Shown here: piece after piece, positions 18,451 to 28,773 of the stretch | Numbering within the stretch: position 1 is the stretch's first letter | How the letters are laid out: each line of letters starts with the position of its first letter | Made by a program: the position numbers and the translations under genes | Assembly: GCA_964291235.2 (NCBI GenBank) | Contig: OZ219815.1 | Location: 672,001-736,000 of the forward strand | Length of the DNA: 64,000 nt | Reading direction: 5' to 3' | Source of the DNA: Vicinamibacteria bacterium | Lineage (GTDB): Bacteria > Acidobacteriota > Vicinamibacteria > Marinacidobacterales > Marinacidobacteraceae | Notes under the pieces: generated by a model | What the model saw: the letters and a program-made list of their open reading frames with translations, nothing else | What the model was told of the DNA's origin: nothing | Databases searched by the model: none

Positions 18451-21258
18451 TCAGCGGTCGTAGTTCATCAGGTAGGAGGCTACCGCGCGCATCTGCGCCA
18501 TCGGGTCGCCATCCAGAACGTCCGGCAACGGTGTGATCCGGTTCCCCTGTTGATCGGTAGGCCAGAACTGCGGCATTTGCGTTCCCGGAGTCACGGACTG
18601 GGGGTCGAGCAGCCAATCCACGATCCAGTCGTGGGTGAGACGTTCTCCCGAGAGCCGGAAGGACGGCGCCAACTGGGAAGCCTCCATGCTGCCGGCCGCC
18701 GCCGCGATGTGGCAGCGCTCGCACTGGAGTTGGTCGAGGAGCTGAGCGCCGACCCGGAGCTCCGCCCGGTCATACACCCGGTCCTGCTCGTCATCGAACG
18801 GCTGAGCGCCGTCCATCGCGAGGAAACCGGAGATGAGGGTGTTCGATTCCTCGTTGGTGAAGTTGAAGCTGGGCATCCGGACGTTCAGCCAGAACCGCAC
18901 CTCGCTCGGGTCCTGAAGGAAGTGGTAGAGCCAGTCGGCCTGCGTCCTGCTGCCCTGGGTGTGCAGGTCGGGCGGCCGCATTCCGGTGTCTTCGATCGTC
19001 TCGTAGATCCCTCCACCGACGCCGTCAATGAGATGGCAGCCGCGGCAGTTGTAGTTGTGGATGAGGTGGCGGGCCTCCTCGGCGACGGCCTCGGCCGCCG
19101 AGAGCGTCTTGACTCCCTCCTGCGGGAACTCGTCGCGCACCAGGCCCAGCACGTTCCGGACGATGTGCCGCTGGTCGCCGTCGGTGAAACCGAACTGCGG
19201 CATGCGGAGTTTCTCGGCCGGGCTCTTGACCTTCCCCCGGTCGTAGCTGCGGGGGCTGGCCAACTTCTGCTCCAGCCACGCCTGACGGGTATGCGGGATG
19301 TCGATGTAGCCGAAGTCCAGGCGGGTGACCATCTTCGATCCCCAGGTCGAGAGGTCCACGCCGATCTTCTGAGCGTCCTCGAAGCCGCCGATCTCGTGGC
19401 AGCCGAAGCAGCCGTGCCGGCGAATCAACCATTCACCGGAAAAGAGCAACTTGTCCCGCTCCGACATTTCGGCGAGGCGCTCGGCAGCCATCGCATCCGG
19501 GAGACTGGTCCTCAGGAACTCGCGCGTGATCTCGTCGAGCTGATCGCCGTCGGCCTGCGGGACAGCCATCGCGGCGAACGGGGCAGCCTCGAGCTCCATC
19601 AGCCAGGTGGTGATGTCCGCGGCCTCCTGGTTCGTGAGCCGGAGGTCCGGCATGTAGGTCTCTTCCCAATAGTGCCTGGGATTCCTGACCCATTCGAAGA
19701 CGAAGCCCGCATCCAGCTTGGTGCCGGTGCCGGTAAGTGCCGGACCGCGCCGGCGATAGATGCTTGCCTGGTCGTAGCCGCTCTCGTCGATGAGGTGGCA
19801 CCCGAGGCAACCCAGCTCGCTGACCAGCGCCTCGCCGCGCGCCGCGTTTCCTGCCGGGGGAGCCGCGTAGTCGGCATCATCGGTCGAGTGCTCGAAGACG
19901 TACTCCACGATCGCCGCGACCTCGGTGTCGTTGCGAGCCTCGAGTTCGGAGTCCGGGTTGTTGTCGAGATTCCAGAAAGTCGGCATCCAGGTCGAGGGCC
20001 GGAAGTTCTTCGGGTCCCGAATCCAGCGCGCCACGAAGTCGCGATCGGTCTTGTGAGCGATTTGCTTGAGCGACGGCCCGCGGTTCCGCTTGTCCTCGTA
20101 GCCGACCGTGTTGTGACACCCCCAGCAGCCGGCGAGTTCATAGGTCATCCGGCTCTGGTTGAGCTTTTGCGCTCCGGGAATGAAGACCTGATCGCGGTGA
20201 CACTTGATACAGCCCGCTTCGGTGAGGTCCGTCTGGTACATCGGGCTGTCCCAGTAGTGGTCTTCCTTCCAGCCGCGCTGCTCCATCCACGCGTGTTCTT
20301 CCTCAACCGACTCGGGAGTGTGGGTCGCGCCGCTGAAACTCAGCTTGCGTCCACGCCCCAGGTGACAGGACGTGCAGCCGAAGTCGTCCACCGGGTGGTT
20401 GGACTCGCGACTGACGAAGATGTCCAGGTCCGGATGGGTGGTGAAGGGCTGGGGCGCGTCCGCGTAATCGGGGTTGTCGATCCCGAGGTGACAGGTCTGG
20501 CAGCGGTCGATCCGCGGCACCTGGGCAAAGTTGAGTTCTTCGGTGACGTTCCGGACGAGTACCTGCTGGACTTCGATGGACGGATCGATGAAGTCCACGA
20601 CGGGCAGGTTGCGGAAGGTGTTCGGGAAGCTGGGCGCGAGGCTGTCGAGCTTGTTGCGGGCGAGCGTCACGGCCTGGGTCAGCTCTTCCATGCCTCCCGC
20701 GAGTTCCGTCACGCTGGATCTCCGCTCGCGGACTTCGGCTCGCTTGCCGGTCAAATCGAAGTCGAGAGCCACCCGGACATCCCGGGCTTCGAAGAAGCTC
20801 GCTTCGAGCGCCTGGAATTCCTCGTCGCTCACCGCCCTGCCGAGCGGCGTGCCCCGCTCGCGGGTCTCCTCGTAGTAGAACTTGTCGGAGTCGTACACCG
20901 CCTTGATCTCGCGCTCGCGGATGTCCGCCAGCGTGCGGCGTTCGTCGAGGTCGGCGATTTCCGCCTCCAGGGCTGCAAGGGCGGCCTGCTCGGCGGCGAG
21001 TGCCGTCTCGGCCTGCTGGAGTTCGGCCTGGATGCGCTGCAGTTCCGCCTGGTTGATCCCCTGCTGCGCCTCCTGGATCTGACGCACCGTCAGGTCGCGC
21101 TCCATCTGGACGAATTCGCGCTGGAAGCCCTTCCACTCCCGCGAGTAGTCGAACCAGATCATCCACACGGTTGCGAAGAGGAGGAAAACGCTCGAAACCG
21201 CGAAGATGATGTTCAGCTTCGAGATGTCGTGGGCGTGGCCGGGAGCGACTTTGGACAC
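18451..21258 (-). CDS. Membrane-anchored octaheme cytochrome c
   Basis: 8 CxxCH motifs (CQTCH, CTSCH, CIKCH, CWGCH, CLGCH, CFGCH, CRGCH, CERCH); N-terminal TM and long coiled-coil-like segment. Confidence 0.92.
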   Translation of the reverse strand: MSKVAPGHAHDISKLNIIFAVSSVFLLFATVWMIWFDYSREWKGFQREFVQMERDLTVRQIQEAQQGINQAELQRIQAELQQAETALAAEQAALAALEAEIADLDERRTLADIREREIKAVYDSDKFYYEETRERGTPLGRAVSDEEFQALEASFFEARDVRVALDFDLTGKRAEVRERRSSVTELAGGMEELTQAVTLARNKLDSLAPSFPNTFRNLPVVDFIDPSIEVQQVLVRNVTEELNFAQVPRIDRCQTCHLGIDNPDYADAPQPFTTHPDLDIFVSRESNHPVDDFGCTSCHLGRGRKLSFSGATHTPESVEEEHAWMEQRGWKEDHYWDSPMYQTDLTEAGCIKCHRDQVFIPGAQKLNQSRMTYELAGCWGCHNTVGYEDKRNRGPSLKQIAHKTDRDFVARWIRDPKNFRPSTWMPTFWNLDNNPDSELEARNDTEVAAIVEYVFEHSTDDADYAAPPAGNAARGEALVSELGCLGCHLIDESGYDQASIYRRRGPALTGTGTKLDAGFVFEWVRNPRHYWEETYMPDLRLTNQEAADITTWLMELEAAPFAAMAVPQADGDQLDEITREFLRTSLPDAMAAERLAEMSERDKLLFSGEWLIRRHGCFGCHEIGGFEDAQKIGVDLSTWGSKMVTRLDFGYIDIPHTRQAWLEQKLASPRSYDRGKVKSPAEKLRMPQFGFTDGDQRHIVRNVLGLVRDEFPQEGVKTLSAAEAVAEEARHLIHNYNCRGCHLIDGVGGGIYETIEDTGMRPPDLHTQGSRTQADWLYHFLQDPSEVRFWLNVRMPSFNFTNEESNTLISGFLAMDGAQPFDDEQDRVYDRAELRVGAQLLDQLQCERCHIAAAAGSMEASQLAPSFRLSGERLTHDWIVDWLLDPQSVTPGTQMPQFWPTDQQGNRITPLPDVLDGDPMAQMRAVASYLMNYDR

Positions 21259-21289
21259 AGGTGTTCCCTAATTGGTCAACAAGATGCGG

Positions 21290-21510
21290 GGCGCTGCAAT
21301 CGCGCGCTGGACCGCTGCCGGAATCGCGGCGCCAGGCGCCGCGGGGGTGGGGGGTGGGGAGGGGCGTCCCCTCCCCACGAAAAATGCTTGGAGCGAATCG
21401 CGCAGCGAGGCGCTCCAACATGCAGGGGTGGAAGCGCCCCCGATCCCAAGGTGCGGGAAACCCGGTTCGCTTCCGGGCACTGGCGGGATAAGGGGCGCTT
21501 CTACCACTGC
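21290..21510. repeat. Multi-hairpin palindromic intergenic element
   Basis: cgcggcgcc/ggcgccgcg, gtggggagggg/cccctccccac, ttggagcg/cgctccaa, gcaggggtggaagcgcccc/ggggcgcttctaccactgc. Confidence 0.65.
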
Positions 21511-22631
21511 TAGATGTTGAAGAAAATTTCCGGGAAGGCGACGATGTATTTCAGGTTGAAAGCCCAGCGCAGATACATCTTGATCGGCAGGCTCATCATC
21601 ATCAGGAACAGGCTGATCCCGACGTAGTACCGGGTGGCGCCCATCTTGTCGTAGTACCTGTGGCAGCTCAGCCACTTCAGTCCGGGGGGGAGTCGGTCCC
21701 GCGGCCACGACATCATCACCGGAAGGACGAACAGGTAGGCCCCCACCATCAGGATTCCGAGCCATTCGCGCATGAGCGCGGCGAAGAATCCGCCGGTCGG
21801 CAGCGGTTGCCCGAGGAGCTTCACCCAGAAGAAATCGGAGACGTTGACGTTCAGCAGCGGTTCCACCCGGTGGACGTCCCAGTACTCGTAGGGGCCGAAG
21901 AAGTTCCAGTTGGGACCCCTCAGGAACGTGCCCGAAACCACCAGCAGGCACCAGAGGATCAGGAAGCCGAAAAGGAAGATGACGATCTCGGCCTTCCGCT
22001 CCTTGAAGGTGAAGTAGCCGTTGCCCTTGGGGTTCGTGTCGATGTAGGGAATCGCCATCAGGCCCACGATGATCAGGGTGGGAAACACCACTCCCGCAAG
22101 CCACGGGTCGAAATAGACGAGCATCTCCTGGAGTCCGAGGAAGTACCAGGGGGCCTTCGAGGGATTCGGAGAATCGGCAGGGTTCGCCGGCTGCTCGAGC
22201 GGCGCCGCCAACAGGATGGACCACACGAGCAGCACGACGCTCAGCAACACCATCGCCAGCATCTCGGTGTAAACGAGATCCGGCCACACCCAGACCTTTT
22301 CGGACTCCTTCTTCTCGAGAACCTCACCTTCCCCCGCGGTCCGTTTGTCGTTCTCGATCCCCTGGTGCATCGCGTACCAGGTGAAGAAGAAGACCAGGAA
22401 GATGACCCCGGTGATCGGGATGTTGTCGGGCTTCGCGACGATCAGCAGGAAGTCGGGATCCCACATGCTCGCGGTGTAGAAGACGGCAAGCAGCGCGAAG
22501 AACACCTTCGCGGAGGTCTTGCTCCAGACCTGGGTGAAGCGGAACGCGAGCAGGAGACCGAGCGTCGCGATCGTGAAGAGGACCGTAGGCCCCGAGGCCC
22601 AGTTGACGAGGTCCCTGAAGAGGTCGGTCAC
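21510..22631 (-). CDS. Cytochrome b/b6 C-terminal subunit (subunit IV-like) with extra TM helices
   Basis: VWPDL, APLEQPANPADSPNPSKAPWYFLGLQE (PEWY-equivalent region). Confidence 0.85.
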   Translation of the reverse strand: MTDLFRDLVNWASGPTVLFTIATLGLLLAFRFTQVWSKTSAKVFFALLAVFYTASMWDPDFLLIVAKPDNIPITGVIFLVFFFTWYAMHQGIENDKRTAGEGEVLEKKESEKVWVWPDLVYTEMLAMVLLSVVLLVWSILLAAPLEQPANPADSPNPSKAPWYFLGLQEMLVYFDPWLAGVVFPTLIIVGLMAIPYIDTNPKGNGYFTFKERKAEIVIFLFGFLILWCLLVVSGTFLRGPNWNFFGPYEYWDVHRVEPLLNVNVSDFFWVKLLGQPLPTGGFFAALMREWLGILMVGAYLFVLPVMMSWPRDRLPPGLKWLSCHRYYDKMGATRYYVGISLFLMMMSLPIKMYLRWAFNLKYIVAFPEIFFNI

Positions 22632-22689
22632 TGTCTCAACTCGTCGCGGCCGGAGCGTTTTCTCTCAAACGTGGAATCGGAACACGGAC

Positions 22690-23490
22690 CTACATCGGCC
22701 CCGAGATACCCCCGTCCTTGCGGACCCGCCAGAAGTGCACTGCCATGAGGAAGGCGGCGACCAGGGGTAACCCGACACAGTGAAGGACGTAGAAGCGGAG
22801 GAGCGTCGGCTGCCCGACGGAGCGAGCACCCAACAGCGCGAAGCGCGCATCGTTCCCCGAATTGATGAGGTTGATGTCCCCCAGGGTGAGGGACGCCGTT
22901 AGCGGACCTTCCGTCCCCAGCAGCGGAGTGGCGCGGGCCATGTTGGAGCCGACCGCGATCGCCCAGATCGCGAGCTGGTCCCAGGGCAGCAGGTAGCCGG
23001 TGAAGGAGAGGAGCAGGGTGAGGACCAGGAGGACCACCCCGATACCCCAGTTGAACTCTCTCGGCGGCTTGTAGGAGCCCGTCATGAAGACGCGCAGCAT
23101 GTGGAGCCACACGGTGATCACCATCGCATGCGCGCCCCAGCGATGGAGTTCCCGCATGATGCCAAGCGGCACATGCTCCTGCAGGTCCACGATGTCCGCG
23201 TAGGCGTATTCGACCGTGGGCCGGTAATAGAACATCAGGAGCAAACCGGTGAGGGTGAGGACCAGGAAGAGGAAGAAGGTGATCCCTCCCATGCACCAGG
23301 TATAGCGGAGCTTGATTCCCGCCTTCCGGGACTTGACCGGATGCAGGTGCAGGAACACGTTGCTCATCATCACGAGCGCCCGGTTCCGGTTGCTGACCGG
23401 TTTGCCGTGACGGAAGATCGAGGTCCAGACCTGCGAGTCCGTCGCTTCCTTCCACGCCGTGGAGAGGGGGGCCAGGATGCGTTTCAACAT
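22690..23490 (-). CDS. petB: Cytochrome b6-like N-terminal subunit
   Basis: HRWGAH...H and H-x14-H heme b ligands, [15 protein letters not shown] (heme ci Cys position). Confidence 0.92.
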   Translation of the reverse strand: MLKRILAPLSTAWKEATDSQVWTSIFRHGKPVSNRNRALVMMSNVFLHLHPVKSRKAGIKLRYTWCMGGITFFLFLVLTLTGLLLMFYYRPTVEYAYADIVDLQEHVPLGIMRELHRWGAHAMVITVWLHMLRVFMTGSYKPPREFNWGIGVVLLVLTLLLSFTGYLLPWDQLAIWAIAVGSNMARATPLLGTEGPLTASLTLGDINLINSGNDARFALLGARSVGQPTLLRFYVLHCVGLPLVAAFLMAVHFWRVRKDGGISGPM

Positions 23491-23509
23491 GACGCCCCTT
23501 GCCTCCGGA

Positions 23510-24094
23510 TTACGTCAGGGAGAGGAAGGAAGCGGGATCTTCCCACTGCCCCGCTTCGAACTTGAAGAGACGCGACTTGTCGATCAGAACCTGACCGTCC
23601 TCGGCGAGGCTCACCCCCACCCGCTCGAGCGGCCGGGGCGCCGGTCCCTCGAAGTTGATTCCCGAGGCGTAGAACCCGCTGCCGTGGCACGGGCACTTGA
23701 ACTTGCTCTCGGCTTCGAGCCAGTTCGGGGTGCACCCCAGGTGAGTGCAAATGGTGGAGAGCGCGTAGATCCCCTCCTCGTCGCGGACGATCCAGACCTG
23801 GTAACGCTCCTTGAAGCGCGTATCCACCACACCGATCGCGAAATCGTCCGGAAAACCGGCCGTGAACGTCGAGGGCGGCTCCGTGAGGACGTTCGGGAAC
23901 ATGAACCGGCCCATCGCGGTAAGCCCGGCCGCCATCGCCGCCGTGAACACGGCCCAGCCGATGGCCAGGAACGGGAACTCCCGGCGGGTGACCTTCTTCG
24001 CGGCGCTGGCAGCCCGCCTCGGGGCCGGCTTTGCCGCGGCAGGTTTTTCGGCCCCTGGTTTGCCGGGTGCTGGACTGGCCGGAGGTTCAGGCAT
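23510..24094 (-). CDS. petC: Rieske 2Fe-2S subunit of quinol:cytochrome c reductase
   Basis: CTHLGC and CPCHGS boxes, TRREF Tat motif, GPAPRPL. Confidence 0.93.
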   Translation of the reverse strand: MPEPPASPAPGKPGAEKPAAAKPAPRRAASAAKKVTRREFPFLAIGWAVFTAAMAAGLTAMGRFMFPNVLTEPPSTFTAGFPDDFAIGVVDTRFKERYQVWIVRDEEGIYALSTICTHLGCTPNWLEAESKFKCPCHGSGFYASGINFEGPAPRPLERVGVSLAEDGQVLIDKSRLFKFEAGQWEDPASFLSLT

Positions 24095-24180
24095 GGGTGG
24101 AATTCGGAAGGGTTGGATCGGCGCGGGATTCTAACGGAAGCCCTCGAAAATCGGATTATGGATTTTGTCCGGCAACCTGC

Positions 24181-25080
24181 TCACCGGGGCGCCTCGGGGA
24201 CGCCCGGGCTGCCGGCCGTCCCGCCGCCCGCAAGCGCCGCAAGGGCTGCCCCCCGGACCCTGAGGTCCGGATCGCCGGCGGCCACCTCCTCGAGCCGGGC
24301 CCGGATCGCCGGAACGTCGAGCACTCCCGCCGCCTGGACGGCGCTCAGCCGGGCGAGCGTCCGCTCCCCGTCCAGCATTCCCGGCACGCCGGTCCAGTAG
24401 TCCGGCTCCATCATGCCAAGCAACCGGTCGGCAGCGGCTTGGTCACCGATCCGGGCGAGCGCCACCACCGCGTTCACCGAGACATCGAGAACCGGATCGC
24501 TAACAGCCCGCCGGAGCGCGTCGGCGCCGGCGGGATGGCCGATGGCGCCGAGCCCATAGACCGCCATGGTGCGCAGCCCCGCGTCGTCGGCCCGGCTGGC
24601 TTCGCCGAGTGCGGAAACCGCGGTTTCTCCGCCGATGGACCCGAGCGCCCACGCGGCATAGACGCGGACGGTTTCATCCGGATCGGACAGCGCGTTCGCC
24701 AACGAGGGAACGGCGCTGGGCTCGGCGAGCGTCCCGAGCGCGAGGGCCAGGTACTGGCGCACCCAGGGGTCCGCCGGCGTCTCCGCCTCGTCAAAAGCGC
24801 GTACCAGGTCCGGCCCGAGGGCGCCGAACTCCCCCGGCTCGCCGTGCTGAATGCGGTTGGCGAGTTCGAATGCCGCCTGCCGCCGCTCCCGGTGCCCCCC
24901 GGAACGCATCCGCTGGAGGTGTTCTTCCGCGGTGGTGTCGTCAGAGACGAGCCACGCGAATCCGAGAAAGATCCCGACGCCGAGCACCACCACCAGCATC
25001 GGGATTACGAAGAACTGGAGCAGCGTGCGTCCGAACGAAATGTCGCCCGGGTCTGGTGCGGGCGGCGTCTGGTCGGTCAT
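24181..25080 (-). CDS. Membrane-anchored HEAT/PBS-lyase repeat protein
   Basis: N-terminal TM, repeats of type VRxxAAxALGxIG. Confidence 0.8.
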   Translation of the reverse strand: MTDQTPPAPDPGDISFGRTLLQFFVIPMLVVVLGVGIFLGFAWLVSDDTTAEEHLQRMRSGGHRERRQAAFELANRIQHGEPGEFGALGPDLVRAFDEAETPADPWVRQYLALALGTLAEPSAVPSLANALSDPDETVRVYAAWALGSIGGETAVSALGEASRADDAGLRTMAVYGLGAIGHPAGADALRRAVSDPVLDVSVNAVVALARIGDQAAADRLLGMMEPDYWTGVPGMLDGERTLARLSAVQAAGVLDVPAIRARLEEVAAGDPDLRVRGAALAALAGGGTAGSPGVPEAPR

Positions 25081-25099
25081 TTGCGGTTCCTGCGGCACG

Positions 25100-26104
25100 T
25101 CAGATTGTCTCGAAATCCCGAAACGTGCGGAGATCCCGGAAAATCCCTTCGAAAGTCGGGATATCCACGGTCTGGCGCGGATCCGTATAGGCCGTATCGG
25201 GATGCGTATGCACGGCGATGGCGATTCCGGAGGCGCCGGCTGCCAGAGCCGCGCGGGCCAGCGGTCGAACCCGGTCCCGCTCGGCAACCGCATGCGAGGG
25301 ATCCACCAGGACGGGCAGGTGCGAGGTACGCCGCACGACCGGCACGGCGTGGAGGTCGAGCAGCGTGCGCCGTTGGCCGCCGGTCCGGATTCCCCGCTCG
25401 CACAGGATCACATCGGTCTTCTTCCGCGCCAGCAGGGACTCCGCAGCCAGCAGCCATTCCTCGACGCTCGCCGATGGCGCGCGCTCGAGAATGACCGGTT
25501 TCTGCAGACGGGAGGCCACTTCGAGAAGCGGTTCGTTCTCCATGTGGCGGGCAGCGATCTGGACACCGTCCACGCGTTCGGCCACCTGCTCGGCAGAGCG
25601 CGGATCGATGATTTCGGTGATTATCGGAAGACCTGTCTCTTCGCGCACCCGCTCAAGGGTATGCAACCCCTCATCGCCAACCCCGCCAAAGTGGTAGGGA
25701 CCGACCCGCTCGGCCCACAGACGCGCGCGGAACGCGTGGGCGCCGGCGGCCTTCACCGCGCGGGCGATCTTCACGGTGCGGGCCTCGGTCTCGACGCTGC
25801 AGGGTCCGGCAATCACCACCGGGTCGGGGCCGCCCACCGTCACGCCGGCAACTTCCACGAGGCTGTCCGCCGGATGAACTTCGCGGCTGACCAGCTTGAA
25901 CGGCTTGGTGACCGGGATGCACTGCGCCACGCCCGGGAGCCGGATCAGGAACGAGGGGTCCACCGGACCCCGGTTGCCGGTAACGCAGATGGCGGTCCGG
26001 CCAGCGCCGGGGACCCGGAGCGGTGTGAAGCCCATGTCCCGGATTGCGGTCTCCACCCGCCGGCACTGCTCCTCGGTGGGGCCCGTCCCCATGATGACCA
26101 GCAT
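25100..26104 (-). CDS. aroF: DAHP synthase I-beta homolog with N-terminal ACT-like domain; degenerate active site
   Basis: IAGPCSVE, CERGIRT, VDPSH present; KPRT motif replaced by AERV. Confidence 0.8.
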   Translation of the reverse strand: MLVIMGTGPTEEQCRRVETAIRDMGFTPLRVPGAGRTAICVTGNRGPVDPSFLIRLPGVAQCIPVTKPFKLVSREVHPADSLVEVAGVTVGGPDPVVIAGPCSVETEARTVKIARAVKAAGAHAFRARLWAERVGPYHFGGVGDEGLHTLERVREETGLPIITEIIDPRSAEQVAERVDGVQIAARHMENEPLLEVASRLQKPVILERAPSASVEEWLLAAESLLARKKTDVILCERGIRTGGQRRTLLDLHAVPVVRRTSHLPVLVDPSHAVAERDRVRPLARAALAAGASGIAIAVHTHPDTAYTDPRQTVDIPTFEGIFRDLRTFRDFETI

Positions 26105-26117
26105 CGTTTTCTTTCCC

Positions 26118-26915
26118 CTAGTTGCCCGCGGTGAGTTCGCGCACGGCGGAACGGTAGCCGGCGAGCAGCCGATCCGCGTCGGCCGGGGTGCGGTACAGAT
26201 GCTCGACGACCCGCACCAGATGGCTGCCGACGACCGCGATGCGGGCGCCGGCCCCGAAAGCGCGCACGATCTGCGCGCGTTCGGACAGCCCGAATCCCAC
26301 GCAGATGGGAACCTCCACCATGTCTGCCACTTCCGAAACCCGGTGCAGCATCGCGTCAAAGCCGCCGCGGCGCACGCCGGTCACGCCCTGAAAGCCGGCG
26401 AGGTACACAAACGACGAAACCTTTGCGAGCCGCTGAAGGCGTCCCTCCGGAGTCAACGGGCCAGCCAGCTCCACATGGCCGAGGCCGGCGCCGCGGCAGG
26501 CGCGCCGTAGCGGCGCCGACTCCTCGAGCGGGATATCCGTGACCAGGAGCGTGGAAGCTCCCGAATCGGCGGCCTGACCGGCGAAGCGCTGGTAGCCGAT
26601 CCGGTGCACCAGGTTCCCGTACACCAGCAGGTTCAGCGGGATCCCCGGGCAGGCATCGGCAATCCTTCCCAACAGAGCGAAGGCCGCGCGGGTTGAGGTC
26701 CCGCCCGCCAGGGCCCGCTGTACCGCCGCCTGGATTGCCGGACCGTCGGCTACCGGATCGCTGAAGGGGAACTCAACCTCGAGTGCGGGCGCACCCGCGT
26801 CCACCGCGGCGCGGGCCAGCGCGACCGTCAGCTCCGGAGTCGGATCTCCCAGAACCAGACACGGTGAAACCGCGGGGCCGCGCCGAAGCGCGGCACGGAG
26901 CGCCGACAGGCTCAT
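26118..26915 (-). CDS. trpA: Tryptophan synthase alpha chain
   Basis: [21 protein letters not shown]. Confidence 0.92.
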   Translation of the reverse strand: MSLSALRAALRRGPAVSPCLVLGDPTPELTVALARAAVDAGAPALEVEFPFSDPVADGPAIQAAVQRALAGGTSTRAAFALLGRIADACPGIPLNLLVYGNLVHRIGYQRFAGQAADSGASTLLVTDIPLEESAPLRRACRGAGLGHVELAGPLTPEGRLQRLAKVSSFVYLAGFQGVTGVRRGGFDAMLHRVSEVADMVEVPICVGFGLSERAQIVRAFGAGARIAVVGSHLVRVVEHLYRTPADADRLLAGYRSAVRELTAGN

Positions 26916-28123
26916 CGCGCTTCCGGCTCGGTCAACCGGCCCAGCGCGAAGTAGGTCTCGAGATCCTTGTCGCCCCGCCCGCACAGGTTCAGGAGGACTC
27001 GCGCCCCTTCGGGAATCTCCCCCGACTGCCGGGCGCGAAGGACGAAAGCCAGCGCATGGGAGGGTTCGAAGGCGGGCACGATCCCCTCGGTCGCTGACAG
27101 GATCTCGAAGGCGGCCAGCGCTTCGTCATCGGTGGCCGCGACATAGGCAGCCCGCCCGATCTCCTGAAGGTGCGCGTGCTCGGGGCCCACTCCGGGATAG
27201 TCGAGCCCTGCCGAAATGCTGTGCGGTTCGAGGATCTGCCCCTCGTCATCCTGCAGCACCATGGTGCGGGCCCCGTGGAGGAGGCCGGGGGTACCGCGGA
27301 CCAGGGTTGCACCGTGGCGTCCGCTCTCCAGACCCGCCCCGCCCGGTTCGACCCCGACGAGCCGCACCGATGCTTCCGGCACGAACGCGTGGAAGATGCC
27401 GATCGCGTTGCTTCCTCCTCCCACGCAAGCCACCACCACGTCGGGAAGCCCGCCGAGTTCCAGCCGCCACTGCCGTTTGGCCTCGCGGCCGATGACCGCC
27501 TGGAAGTCCCGCACGAGGCGCGGAAAAGGATGGGGACCCGCGGCGGTCCCGAGCAGGTAGTGGGTCGTTGCCAGGCTTGCGGTCCAGTCGCGAAGCGCCT
27601 CGTTGATCGCATCCTTCAGCGTCCGGGCGCCAGCCGTGACCGGCACCACCTCAGCGCCGCACAACTGCATCCGCTTCACGTTCGGGGCCTGGCGTTCCAT
27701 GTCTTTTTGCCCCATATAGATCACCGCCTGCATTCCGAACCGGGCGGCGATCATCGCCGTCGCGGTCCCGTGCTGGCCGGCGCCGGTCTCCGCAATCAGC
27801 CGCTTCTTCCCCATATGCCGGGCCAGGAGGGCCTGTCCCAGCACGTTGTTCGCCTTGTGCGCGCCGCCGTGGAGGAGATCCTCGCGCTTGAAGACCGTTT
27901 CCAGTCCGGCCCGCTCCGAAAAGCGGGGAGCCCGGGTGAGCGGCGTCGGGCGTCCCACCCACGCCTTCGCTTCGCGGTCCAGTTCGCTGCGAAACGCCGC
28001 ACCTGGCACGATCTCCTTGCGCGCCGCTTCCAGTTCCTCGAGTGCCGGGGTGAGGAGTTCGGGAGCGAACCGCCCTCCGAAGGAACCGAACGCGCCTTGC
28101 CGGGGCCGAAGTCCCCGTTTCAT
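26912..28123 (-). CDS. trpB: Tryptophan synthase beta chain
   Basis: [14 protein letters not shown] (PLP Lys), [21 protein letters not shown]. Confidence 0.96.
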   Translation of the reverse strand: MKRGLRPRQGAFGSFGGRFAPELLTPALEELEAARKEIVPGAAFRSELDREAKAWVGRPTPLTRAPRFSERAGLETVFKREDLLHGGAHKANNVLGQALLARHMGKKRLIAETGAGQHGTATAMIAARFGMQAVIYMGQKDMERQAPNVKRMQLCGAEVVPVTAGARTLKDAINEALRDWTASLATTHYLLGTAAGPHPFPRLVRDFQAVIGREAKRQWRLELGGLPDVVVACVGGGSNAIGIFHAFVPEASVRLVGVEPGGAGLESGRHGATLVRGTPGLLHGARTMVLQDDEGQILEPHSISAGLDYPGVGPEHAHLQEIGRAAYVAATDDEALAAFEILSATEGIVPAFEPSHALAFVLRARQSGEIPEGARVLLNLCGRGDKDLETYFALGRLTEPEAR

Positions 28124-28743
28124 GGGACGAATTCCGGCTGCAACCGGTCGAAAAAGAGCCGCAACCGATCCGGGTCCTTGACCCCGGGAGCGGATTCGAC
28201 GCCGCTTGAAACGTCCACGCCCCAAGGCTGGAAGGGAAGGAGGCCACCGACGTTTTCGGGCTTCAAGCCTCCCGCGATGAACGCCCTCCCGGGGGCCCGC
28301 TCCCCAAGAATCCGCCAGTCAAAGACGCGGCCGCTGCCGCCGCCCCCCACATCGAACACGAGCGGTCCGTCATCCGGCTCGGGAGGAGCGAAGGCCGGCA
28401 GTCGGTCCGCCGCCTCCGGCACCGTCACCACCCGATGGACGATCAACCCGGCCTCCCGAAGCGACCGGACTCCGGCATCCGACAACCCGTGGGGCTGGAC
28501 GCGCTCGATCCCGAGCGCGACGGCGTCGGAAGCCACCTCGTCGCGGGTGCGCCTTCCGGTCGCGAGCACGGGACGGATTCCGGGGTTTACCTCCCGGGCG
28601 GCGGCGATGACCTCACGGGCTTCGGGAAGCGTTGCCGATCGGGGAGAGTCCGGCGCCCGGACAATGCCGATCCATTGAGCCCCCAGCCGGACGGCGAGCC
28701 GCGCGTCTTCCGGTCTCCGGAGACCGCAGATCTTGATCTCCAC
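28120..28743 (-). CDS. trpF: Phosphoribosylanthranilate isomerase
   Basis: [25 protein letters not shown]. Confidence 0.93.
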   Translation of the reverse strand: MEIKICGLRRPEDARLAVRLGAQWIGIVRAPDSPRSATLPEAREVIAAAREVNPGIRPVLATGRRTRDEVASDAVALGIERVQPHGLSDAGVRSLREAGLIVHRVVTVPEAADRLPAFAPPEPDDGPLVFDVGGGGSGRVFDWRILGERAPGRAFIAGGLKPENVGGLLPFQPWGVDVSSGVESAPGVKDPDRLRLFFDRLQPEFVP

Positions 28744-28773
28744 CGTGATCTCCCCGCCGTCGGCCCGGACCCC

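Noticed and set aside
17614-21513. 1299 aa plus-strand ORF and many other long antisense ORFs (e.g. 4522..6972, 15562..17466, 30751..32553)
   Set aside because: Shadow ORFs opposite well-supported genes; expected at high GC; no recognisable motifs
26760-26785. TrpA LEVEFP instead of LELGxP
   Set aside because: Catalytic Glu and Asp are retained; a single substitution is not enough to claim altered function
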